Assembly: GCA_965655095.1 (NCBI GenBank) | Contig: CBFHFQ010000351.1 | Coordinates: forward strand, 1 to 64,000 | DNA: 64,000 nt | Reading direction: 5' to 3' | Origin: Haplodiscus bocki | Lineage: Eukaryota | The notes under the pieces: model-generated | The model's database searches: none | The model's input: the letters and a program-made list of their open reading frames with translations, nothing else | What the model was told of the DNA's origin: nothing | Part shown: positions 36,971 to 48,150 of the stretch, in pieces | How the letters are laid out: every line of letters starts with the position of its first letter | Position numbering within the stretch: the first letter of the stretch is position 1 | Translations under genes and position numbers: made by a program

Positions 36971-38970
36971 AGGTATCTTTCCTCATCGCATTAAGACATA
37001 ACAAAATCCGCAGGCGTCATAAATAGTCCACGCCCTATTAATTAAATTATCCGCGCGGGCGGGCATGCAAGATAAAAACAGTTCAAAAAATTTTTCGAAT
37101 GAGTCTCACAGTGAAGAAAATGAGTCATTTAACCCGACTTCCTCTTTTTATTCATTTAAAAACTTATACTTATACTTTACTTTACTTAATTATACACTGC
37201 CGATTACCATTCCCTATCTTAATACATTGTCGTCGGCTCGTTTCCAAAATCAAAAAGTTGTCGGCAGTCAGTCAGAAACGAGCACGAAAAACCCTAAACT
37301 TCGTCAGCAGATCAGAATCAAGTATGACGTCACCCAAAAACACCCGAGAGTTCTGGGCTAGGGTGCAGGTCCCTTCTCGGATCTCGGCTCCATTCGACTC
37401 GCTGTAGCCCATGCTAATACATAGGGATCGACACCCGCCCCCCCCCACATTTTTTGCTCACTCTTCAACTCCTTAGATCGTCTTCTACACTATGTCCTCT
37501 AACTAGTCCACAACTAGCCCATTGACGTCCTTTTATGAAAGTCCACCCTTATTAGTCACCCGGTTGGGACCAGTCCTAGTGAATGAAAACTTCTCTCAAT
37601 CACTTGGTGTTTTAGAGTACACTGTGAGGATGACTAGACCCCTGTGGATCGGTCTTTGTATTGCATATGAGAAATAAAGCCGGAACTTCAGTAACTTCGG
37701 ATGCTGATTTCATTTTGGTTTTTGCAGAAAAGGTTGAAATTCGTAAAACAATTCGAGATAAAGCGAGTGCAATTGGAGTGTTTCGGATGTCATAAGTCAA
37801 GTTCAAACTGAGTTTGCATCAGAGGATAAAGTTTGGATTGGTTCAGAGTCGAAGGAACTTCCAATGGACTCTTGATTTAGGGAAAGGCTTTCACAAAATC
37901 GGAAACTTACTGAAAGCACGATCCTTGCATCGTCAACTGATGAAGGAATATTTTTATTGGATACAGACGGCAGTGGTATGGAATTGTCCGGAATGACTCA
38001 GCGATCACAGAAACGGAAAGGACGCAAAACATTATCTCCTGCCTATCCTGGCATCAAGTCTCGTCAACGGAAATTAAGTAACGAGCACTCAAGTTGGGAA
38101 TGTTTGCCACGTTAACCTTCAAAAAAAATTCAACCTTTTACTTAGCAGCAGAGAAGCTAATCTTACGCATTGGGGAAAATGCGTTCCCCTGATTTAAAAT
38201 CTACTCTAAGCATGAATCTGTATTGGGCCATTGGATCTTGGTCGTGTACTAATATGACATGGAGACCATTGCTCATCTTCGTGCCAAGTAAGCCACAGCG
38301 ACAATACTCAACAAGCCAACAAAATAATATGTTCACAGAGAAAAAGAACTCGTGTAGATGGCAGGAAAGAAGCTCCGATTTCGCTTTCGTTCACAAGAAC
38401 ACTATGATTTCATGAGTTTGTGTCCTGTAATAGGTAGCCGTTCCTGTGAACGCAAATGGCAGTCTACTCATGAGTCCAATGTTGATGATCATGTACAATA
38501 AAAATCAACTCTTGAAACCGAATCCGCACATTAGGAAATCGGAAATGGCGGAAATTTCGTCGGCCCCGGGTAATTAAAACTCGAGCACACAGCAATTCTT
38601 GAATGAAACAGGAATTTGAGCTGAACAGTCAAACGAAGGACTGTAAGAACGTTTGTGACTAGCAGACACTCCTGCTCTTCGTGGTCTGACCCTTGAAAAG
38701 CATGTAACTAAAAAATAATTACAGAGAGCATTTCAAAGTCTCAGAAATAATTTCTCAGGTAATTTGAAAAAAAACATAAGAGCAATGCGAATTCAATCGG
38801 AGAACACAGAACCAACGAGCAATTCTTGTCATTAAAGCAATTTCTTCGCTAAGGGAACGAAAATCAACAAAGATCTCAGTTTTTTGAATTTTATTCTTTG
38901 GCCGAAGCGAATTGAGAACAGAACAAATAAAATCTCTTCAACGTTAAACATGACGTTTTTTGAGCATGTT

Positions 38971-39532
38971 TGTGATGAGAGTGTGGTTGCCGGTCAAAAT
39001 GTGTTCCAGGGACGGAAAATTCACTTAACTCGTCCGGAATATAATTTCGAGTCTCATCATTCGTATTTAACACATGTTGTGTATTATTCCTTTCGGATAC
39101 GTTTCAAGAGGGAAGTGATCCTTATGTGCTCCCCAAATTCTTAATTCGCTGTGACACTGGTCGCATCTTGTGCAGAGGACGCGGTTATTGACTTAATTGC
39201 TAATTCAATTTTAGGAGCAATATTACTATCAAGTGCTGTCAAAATTGCGTTTTGAATCCTGTCTTTGACAGTGTTAACAGTATTACCCATTTCCCTGTCA
39301 ATTTTTTCATTAAAACATTTTCCAAGGTTTTCACATTCACCGCATTTTCATTAGCCGTTAAACTACTGCCAGGATTATCAACCGTAAATTCCTGGTCACC
39401 GGTACCTTCATTGACTGTAGCATTTCCTTGTTTATCGCTCGCAGTGTTGCCAATAATTTTATCTTGGTGGAAGTCATCTAATTGGCTGACAAGTCTTCTA
39501 TTTGACTGCTTTTTCGTGCGTTTGGAAACTAT
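38971..39532 (-). pseudogene. LTR-encoded ORF of family B running to the LTR end
   Basis: (I)VSKRTKKQSNRRLVSQLDD...PGTHFDRQPHSHH, with frameshifts and a stop. Homologous to 4091-4587. Confidence 0.75.
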
Positions 39533-40894
39533 GTTTGTTTTAGTAGGTGTAAAACAACTGAAATATCAACATTAAGTCAAACAATTGATGAATCTTATGA
39601 TGAAAATAGAAAAATAATAGAACAAAAAGACAACTTTGAGTTGAAAGTTTTCAGTTTGGATGAAGAACTTGAGCATCTATTTTGCAAGAATGTTCGGAGG
39701 GTTTTCAATCGGTGATTTCACACAACTGTTTCGTAGAAGCGTTAGATTTGTCTCTGATTTCAACTTCAGATCAAATTCGGGTTGCGGCTCCTTTTCGTGA
39801 CCTCATGTTCATCAGCCAATCGGGAAGGTCAACATCCTGACGAGATAACTATAACTCTCACCGAATTAAAACATCAAAGGACTTATTCCGCGTATTACAT
39901 TGCGTCAATGTGATGTCAATACAAAAATAGCAACTGGGTAAAACATCAAAGGGGGGAGATCACGAACAATCATGACCAGCAAAATATAAATGTAAAAATA
40001 TGAATGGAAATTGAAGATTATTAAAAACTTAATTACACGTGTGATCCATAACAAATGGATCTCGGGTCAAAGGATTCAAAATTCCTTGTGGGTTGTGAAA
40101 AAATACTAGGGTTGTTCGTAGTCAGGCATGAGGGGGAGTTCTTGATTATCATTTTCTAAGCCTACATTATGTGATAATGTAAGAATATGACACAAATGTT
40201 TTCATCAAACTTCATGCCTTGATTGCTTTAATTTTAACGTTAAGTGATCAAAAGATGGCCACTATGACCGCCTTGTGACCAAGTGATGATTTGACTGGAA
40301 TTTCACTCCTGGTAAGCGCTGCATAACTTGGGGTAGTATAATAAATAGTTATATGCCTATATAGTACATAGCGACATCGTTTAACTAATCATGGTCAGAT
40401 TTTAGTAGCTGTGACTATTTTTTGCCGTACTTCGCTTTTTACTCAAAAGCGACAGCTTGCTTTCATCAAAGTGGTCAAAAGTCGGTCTTTGTGACCAACT
40501 TTTCATCACTCTCTAGAAGTGCTGCTATTTGGTCAATCATTTGGCAAATGTGATTATTTTGACCAATCAGGGTTGAGTATGATACTGCGCGTCAGTTGAG
40601 CCCTGTAAATAATTGTTTATCCCAGTTTGCGATTAATACTAGCGTATTCTTTAAAAATATGGATCTTGCGCGTCGATATATAAATATACCTAGGATTATA
40701 TATGTACATGTAAATAGGTATAAGTATATCATATTTTGTAAAATAAGGATTGAATTTTATCCAGCATTCTATTCAATCAAAGTTTCATTAGTTTTGATCT
40801 TCAAATAGGGGCAACGGGTATCCTTGTACGTCCGAGTTTTGAGTGTTGAAGTTGACGGTGTAGATTGGGCCGTCACAGGCGGCAGCCTGCGACA
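38971..40894 (-). mobile_element. Solo LTR, family B, perfect TSD ATGTT
   Basis: Minus-strand start TGTCGCAGGCTGCC, end CATCACA. ATGTT at 38966-38970 and 40895-40899. Confidence 0.93.
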
Positions 40895-41460
40895 ATGTTG
40901 ACTCCTCTAAAGTCAATCAATCTCGTGTTTTCGATATTTGATTGCCAATTGACATACTATAGATGTTTCTATATCATGAGCCGTCATGATGAAACAAGCC
41001 ATGGTGGATTAGACAAAAGGCTAGATATTCTTTGTCATTTTCATGGTCCATGAGACTTACAGCGTGAAGCCACCAAGTGGATTGCTTCCTGTCATACCTA
41101 AAATGAGAAAAGTTTCTCAGGAATGCTTGACAATTTCCTGTGCAAAACATTGATAGCAGGAACTTCAATGAGTTGTGACACATTGATCATCTGAAAAACT
41201 TCAAAACTAAAGCTGGTCATACTGGATGTATGATCATCATTGATCATTTTGCGGTGAACGCAAAAGCAGCGCTTTATAGTGCTGATGAAAAAACAGCCGA
41301 AACAATGTGTCAGTTTTGGACTCTTTGGCATGCGTATCATCGCAAATATTCAAAACTCTAGTCTGAGAAGGGCACTGAGTTAACTGCCCAGATGATTCAA
41401 GAAACTGTGCGCCTGTTTTGATTGATCCAAATTGTCTCCCAATGACGTACACCCAAGCTA

Positions 41461-41700
41461 ACGGACTTTTTCAATGTCAAAAAAGACAATGAATTAACAA
41501 ACAAACCATAATTTTTTGTTGTTCGGTATGAAAATGAATTTGCATATTTATTGAGTGTTTACAAGTAATTAGCAGTAACAGAGTAAAAAAAAACAGTCAA
41601 AACTATAAACCAGTGAATTTTCTCGGTTTGATATAGTCGATGAGGAAACGAATGGAATTTATACTCGGAAAAAAATCTCGGAACCTACAACAGTACTCTT
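41461..41700. repeat. Dispersed repeat C, uninterrupted copy
   Basis: Equals 10441-10635 joined to 12503-~12545. Confidence 0.8.
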
Positions 41701-42035
41701 CGGCAAAAAGGGATGCTTATTGTTCATATCCAAGATAGTAAGAGAGAGCTGTATTCCACTTACGTACGTCTATCTTGAGTAGAGGGGCTCAATTTTGTGA
41801 ATTTCAAATTTAATGTGTCGTATATTCACTCCAAAAGCAGCAACAAAACACGCGTTTGATAGAGAGAACTCGCGCCGGGCTCTAAACTGTCAGAGGCGCC
41901 ATCTCAAGGGCACGGTAAACCGTTGCAGAGCTGGCACGAATTTTTTATCGTGAACATTTCAAACAGAAAGGTTGATGATATATCCCCTCCCAAGGCAGCA
42001 AAGTCGTTTTGTACTGTTTGAAAACGCAAACCGGT

Positions 42036-42832
42036 NNNNNNNNNNNNNNNNNNNNNNNNNNNNNNNNNNNNNNNNNNNNNNNNNNNNNNNNNNNNNNNNN
42101 NNNNNNNNNNNNNNNNNNNNNNNNNNNNNNNNNNNNNNNNNNNNNNNNNNNNNNNNNNNNNNNNNNNNNNNNNNNNNNNNNNNNNNNNNNNNNNNNNNNN
42201 NNNNNNNNNNNNNNNNNNNNNNNNNNNNNNNNNNNNNNNNNNNNNNNNNNNNNNNNNNNNNNNNNNNNNNNNNNNNNNNNNNNNNNNNNNNNNNNNNNNN
42301 NNNNNNNNNNNNNNNNNNNNNNNNNNNNNNNNNNNNNNNNNNNNNNNNNNNNNNNNNNNNNNNNNNNNNNNNNNNNNNNNNNNNNNNNNNNNNNNNNNNN
42401 NNNNNNNNNNNNNNNNNNNNNNNNNNNNNNNNNNNNNNNNNNNNNNNNNNNNNNNNNNNNNNNNNNNNNNNNNNNNNNNNNNNNNNNNNNNNNNNNNNNN
42501 NNNNNNNNNNNNNNNNNNNNNNNNNNNNNNNNNNNNNNNNNNNNNNNNNNNNNNNNNNNNNNNNNNNNNNNNNNNNNNNNNNNNNNNNNNNNNNNNNNNN
42601 NNNNNNNNNNNNNNNNNNNNNNNNNNNNNNNNNNNNNNNNNNNNNNNNNNNNNNNNNNNNNNNNNNNNNNNNNNNNNNNNNNNNNNNNNNNNNNNNNNNN
42701 NNNNNNNNNNNNNNNNNNNNNNNNNNNNNNNNNNNNNNNNNNNNNNNNNNNNNNNNNNNNNNNNNNNNNNNNNNNNNNNNNNNNNNNNNNNNNNNNNNNN
42801 NNNNNNNNNNNNNNNNNNNNNNNNNNNNNNNN
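42036..42832. other. Assembly gap (797 N)
   Basis: Run of N. Confidence 1.
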
Positions 42833-42928
42833 TTTCTGGGTGCCTCTGTATGTGCACCAATTTAATCGTTTAACCTATCTCTTCCAATGGCCATGACGAA
42901 TCAATAAAAAAAATCACCCTGTGGTGAC

Positions 42929-43426
42929 CTAGAAACATGGCACTTCTGATACGTTTGTTTCTAATGTTGCGGATCCTTGCTTCCTACAGCTATGAATTCT
43001 GTGAGGAGCCTCTTCTGAATCTGAATCAATTGAATGACGAGACCGATAAATGGAGGATCCCACTTCAGGATGATCATTTTTCTGGGAACGGTCCCCATTT
43101 GTTTCCTGGTTTTCCACGTTTGTGCCCAAGGCTGTTCCCGGAAGGGCTCCAGATTGCATCCGTACCTGCGGGTTCAAAAGAAATTCGTTTAATTTAGACA
43201 GAGCACTTAATTTAGACAGAGCACCCAAAAAGTGGGACTTTATCCTGCTGAACTCCTGAGACAGTTTTTTAGTGAATCTGCCTTCAATCTCCTCGGAAAC
43301 CTGTGTTATATATTCCTCGTTGATTCTAGGAACGGACGTGCTTCGTGAATGGGCGTTCCTAGGATATTCTTCTTGTGTTTCTCTTGCAACGGCTGCCAAC
43401 TTTCGTTTGTTTCTCAATGTTGCCAT
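42929..43426 (-). CDS. Intact LTR-encoded Gag N-terminus (142 aa) plus 23 aa from flanking DNA
   Basis: Uninterrupted 165-aa ORF MATLRNKRKLAAVARE... that crosses the LTR end at 43000. Expression unknown. Confidence 0.45.
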   Translation of the reverse strand: MATLRNKRKLAAVARETQEEYPRNAHSRSTSVPRINEEYITQVSEEIEGRFTKKLSQEFSRIKSHFLGALSKLSALSKLNEFLLNPQVRMQSGALPGTALGTNVENQETNGDRSQKNDHPEVGSSIYRSRHSIDSDSEEAPHRIHSCRKQGSATLETNVSEVPCF

Positions 43427-44643
43427 CTTTTGAAGAGAAAAGGTTCAGCAGTAGTGAAGACTGAAATATTTGTATTTTTAAACAAACTTGAGAGTACAAC
43501 AAAATGTAACTCTTCGAAATAACAAATAGTATCAATATTGACAGTCAATTGAATATTATTGTGATAATAAGATTCCTAAATATTAGTATTTTCGTTTCTC
43601 TTAATTATGTCTTTTCCTTGGCGGGAAACAATTGTTTACACGCCAGGTCAAAGCAAAACTAGGGGAAAACAATCTCATTATATTCTTTACAAATACAAAA
43701 TGCCGACTCTGGTGGGAAATGAACACCTTTCCCTTTTTTTTTCTCATAGGCCACCTTTTTCCATCTTTCCAGAGAAAATGCACGGGCCTAATCCGTCAGA
43801 AATGGACATCAAAGTGCCGACACAATAAATATTGATATAAACAACAAACTAAAAGGAATTTTTCGTCAGTGCCAAATATTAGGAAAATTCATTGGACAAA
43901 GTAAAGTTATTATAATGAAAACTCAGTATTTTATCTTTAAATGTGTAAAAAAATGAACGTCAGCTTACTGCGCTTCATTTGAGGTGGAAACTAGGCTGGA
44001 AATGGGAGTGTCCTTAGTCTGTTCCTCATTTCTATTAGTTGGTTCCTCATTTATACCAGGCCGTTTTGGAACGCTTCCGTACCTGCTGGTAGCACTGCTT
44101 GTAGCAGTTCTGCTGAATTAGTGAAATGAGTGAATACAGAATTGTTCCGTAATTGGCCAAAACGGCACAGAATCATAGGGCAGTAATTGGAATGATTTCT
44201 AGTGTGACGCCACAAGATTGGTAGCGGACGGAACACGTACGGAAAAAAATATTCACTTTTAAAATCACCTATTCTTCGCTATAGTTGCTATTTATCGATC
44301 TCATTGACAGTGTCAAAATAACTGAATTACTGCACTCTAGTTCTTTTGAAAAAGGTGGATTTACATTAATTAAATACCAAATAGTATAAGTATAGCACCT
44401 TTTAAGATCTAAGTGGACTATTAGGCGACTACTCGTTCGTTCCGTAAGGGTTTCGTCCCAATCTGAATCAGTACACTAGGATGATACGTATATACTACGG
44501 ATCAGTTACTTGACATGAATTTAATATATACATAAAACATAAAGTTCATTGTTTTATTTAATTTTAGTTAATCCCTTGACGATCCGGGGATGTTCCTTTT
44601 TTAGGCAGCACTTGCCCACAGGTTTTGCTGATATGCTGCGACA
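43000..44643 (-). mobile_element. Solo LTR, family A, TSD AATTC/AAGTC
   Basis: Minus-strand start TGTCGCAGCATATC, end CCTCACA. TSD matches 4/5. Length 1644 bp. Confidence 0.9.
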
Positions 44644-47600
44644 AAGTCCACTGATCTTGTGACTTGGAGCGACCGTAGCGATGTTTCATTTGAATGCTAC
44701 AACCAACGATCCGAGCACACACTTGATTTTAACGATGACCGATTCATTGAGTTGTTCCGTCGAGTCGAGAGTTTGCCAGAGTGGTTTCCATTTTTGTCAG
44801 ATGGAGTTACTTCCGCCCGGCTTTCACTTAATTGAAGAATTCAGTTTCATAATGTAATCTACACTCGCAGTTGAGCCTACAATTGTCGATCAATTGCCCG
44901 TTGTACTAACCACTCAAGTTCTGTTGCGCGACGGTCTGCGGACTCAATACTATGAGGACTACTCCTAGGTTACTAGTAAAATTTCATTCAAAAAGCATCT
45001 TGTTTACCAAATCCAAGATGAGAAGCTTCGGACCACTTTTCAGCGATTTGGTTGCACGATGACCAGGTGGATCAAGACCGTAAAGTCTGTGAGAAAACTT
45101 TTAAAATGCTCGCATTTGGCAATATTCTACGTCTTAGATTTTGTAATAACCCCTGGAGAATTGACAGTTTTTCCTTCGTTACACGTTCGGTACACCCGGA
45201 TGCTTGCCATTGCTCTTTTGATGGATGTCAGCGTAATGAATGTCCCAAAATGTGTTGTATGCGAGATTTTTGGCCACGCCAATTATTCCAAAGATTCCAA
45301 CATTTCATGCCTCGAAGGGGATGACCTTGAAGTTGATACTGCAAACCCGAAGCATACGCCTTACGAGCAATTTCCGGCAATTCGGAGTTCGGCCGGAACA
45401 TTGCCAAGATAATTAATTAAAGTCTGTTGTTTTCTCTGCTCATTTAACGTCTCATAGCAAGGGTAAACAATCAACCATGACGCAAGAAGGGGTGTTGCAT
45501 GCAATGCAAGCAGAGAAATCTCTCTGATCACTTGTGTCAGGTTCCAGGAATGGCGTGAAAATGCCACAGAGCTGATAAACGAAACCTTGGCACCATTTGA
45601 AACATCAGGAATGTTGTTTCAATCGGAGTTTCTTGCTGAAGGCTGAGACAGCAGTGTAATCTGAGTGATTAGTGAAGCGTTGGTATATGCCGAAGAAAAT
45701 TCTGGATAAGTAGGATAAACTTGTGAGGCCAAGAGGAGCTTCTAGATTATGATCATTGTACCAACAGATCGAGATTTAATGCTCCCAGAAGCAAATTTTA
45801 GTGGGATTGGAGACCTTAGCTAGGGAAATACTGACTAAAAAACCGAGTTTTCCTTGGTTCTATCAAGGTTGAGTAAAATTTTACTTCCAAAATTAGCACC
45901 TTCTAGTCAAGCTATTCCCGACCAACAAAATCCAATATTGTCTTATGATGTAAAGATAATCAAATGACGTAACTTAATTTTTGTGAAAGAATTCTTGGAC
46001 CACGTGAAAAGACTCGGTAAGTTGATCTCGTATGCTCCCCATTCAAAGAAATATGTGGGTTGATAGTACGGTCATCCTGGGAAAGCACACCGCCACTTCC
46101 CTGAACCAGGCAACATCGGTAAATAAACTGGGCAAGAGATCCTAGAAACAGACCCAATCTCAAAGGATTCATTTCGTAAGAAGTTACAGACATCTCAATG
46201 TTGCGACGAAGTATTGAAGCAGCTAAATCTGCTTATCTGTGATGGACATCCCAGATAATCAGGTCAATGATCAGTGATTTCGGAAAATTTTGTTAATTTC
46301 GAAGAAAGCCTAATGTTGGAAAAGTTGTGAGACTGGTACCCGAAGGTACTGGAGAACATTTCAGCGAGGTGCTTTTGCTGATCAATACGGCTTTCACATG
46401 AAAGGAGAAGTTCTTGGAAAGTGTTAAATGGTGTTTGAACAATCTGAACGGGAAATGGACGATATATATGATATATTGATCAGAGAGAGGCACTTTCACA
46501 AAATAGACTTCGAGCAATTTGTACCAGTGGTACAAGCATCAAGCAGCGTTCTTTGAGCGTACCAGGCGTCATTTTTACTGCATGACCGCGGACACCTCAC
46601 AATAGTCCCCATATGATGGAAAGAACCGGTAAAATACTTAATTCCACGAACGAATGGAAGACGAGGATATGATGAGGAAATGCACCAGGAATGCTCCGCC
46701 TAAATGTTTGGTTGACTAACTTTCCGTGTTCTGGTCCGTCTGTTGACATTGAAAAACTCTGTCAGAAATGATAACATTTCAACGTACTTCTAAGCTGAAA
46801 GCAACGTCAAAGTGTGAAAACTGCAATGTTATTGATTGATTGTGTTTTGTGTCATAGAGCACAAGCATGAAGACAGCCCCGGAAAACGCCGCAGATCCAC
46901 TTGCTCTAGCGCCATCCTGTTTGCACCCATGAATAATTTTGCTACCACCTTGAAAAAGAAGCAAAACTTCCCAGAGTATCAACAGCAGAGCAGAAGAACT
47001 TTGAAAACGGCAGGGCAGTAGACGTTCATATTAGGACGCAACACAGCTGGGGTAATCACATTATCGCAGTTGGACGCCACCATTAATGTGACCATACAGC
47101 CAAAAGTAGACACACAGGCTGCAACTGGTTCTCGTTTCGTGTTGTGTAAATCATCGCGACGAGCCTGAGAAACAAAATCTTTTTTTTTCAATGTTCACCA
47201 AAGAATGGGGCGATTGTCATAAAAGAGGTTGGTATCCCTCTCAATCGGAAAAAGAAGAAAAGAGCCTGCTGAGACTTATGCACCCATGGAATTACAAAGA
47301 ATGTTGAAGTCGTGCGATTTTGTCCAAGAGCTGGATGTGAAATTTCCTAGCACCCCCTTGCCTCCGACAGGTCTCAGTAGTAAGAGTAGAAATCCCATGC
47401 CAGAGCACTAAACAGTCATGGAATTGGAAGAGGTGCATGAATCTGCCATTGCGCCACGTACCACGCAGTGTGACGTGACACCTCAGAGTTTCCACATCGA
47501 CTCAGAATTAGAAGTCTCAACTTCGCAACCTTCTCGCCCTCACCCGTTTGTGAAGCACACTCCTGCTCATGCCAACGGAAGGCAAAATTATCTTTTCTTA

Positions 47601-48150
47601 TCTGAAACACTGCGGAGAAGCTTCTCTGAAAAATGAGCGTATAATTTTAGTGGAAAACAGCTGCCCAATTTTCGGCCACTCAGTCCCAACTTCGACCTAG
47701 TCCAATCACCATTGAGAGAATCTTGCTGCTTGTTTTGATACGCTTTTGCCATCTAGCCTCAGGACGAAATTTTTGTGAGTCATCCCAGGAAAGACCAAAA
47801 ATTCATCGCGTGGTATGAGCGGTATGAATAAATGGAACGGAAGAAAGTGTACGGATAAGTGCCGAAGTAGCACAATTCAAATGTCCCTTGTTAGCTCAAT
47901 GGCATCATGAATATCAACTGAGAGCATCCCACTACCTGCCTCGTCATAATGAACACCGACTCGAGAATGTCGCCAGAGAACGAGCATCCTAAGGTCCTTA
48001 ACGATGTGTCTTGTGAACTTTTTGACATAAAGAAGATGGTGAGCACTGTCTTGAAGGTGTTTTCATGGAGCTTGTGTCGTGTTACTTTGTTGTGTCCCGA
48101 AGTAGTTGGGAGCCAATTTCAAGATAATGGATAGGCGGTTGGTGGTCGTC
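44644..48150 (-). pseudogene. Decayed Ty3/Gypsy gag-pol
   Basis: RT-like YEMNPLRLG...GVLSQDDRTI (45960-46193; eroded YxDD). Downstream integrase-like SHTTHFG...IAKCEH (~45100-45270). Confidence 0.55.

Larger units (their letters stand above)
37700..41460 (+). pseudogene. pol: Ty3/Gypsy pol remnant (RT-RNase H-integrase order), split by the solo LTR B
   Basis: RNase H-like AIG...RPL...KPQRQYST (38170-38415). Integrase zinc-finger HDETSHGG...WIASCHT (~40980-41100). Core FNEL*HIDHLK...IIIDHF...*SEKGTELTA (~41165-41390). Confidence 0.75.

Noticed and set aside
39949-39960. AAAGGGGGGAGA as a PPT
   Set aside because: It lies inside the TSD-bounded solo LTR B, on the opposite strand, and is not followed by a TG LTR start.
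41904-42896. ORFs of ~300 aa spanning the second gap
   Set aside because: Artefacts of N runs.
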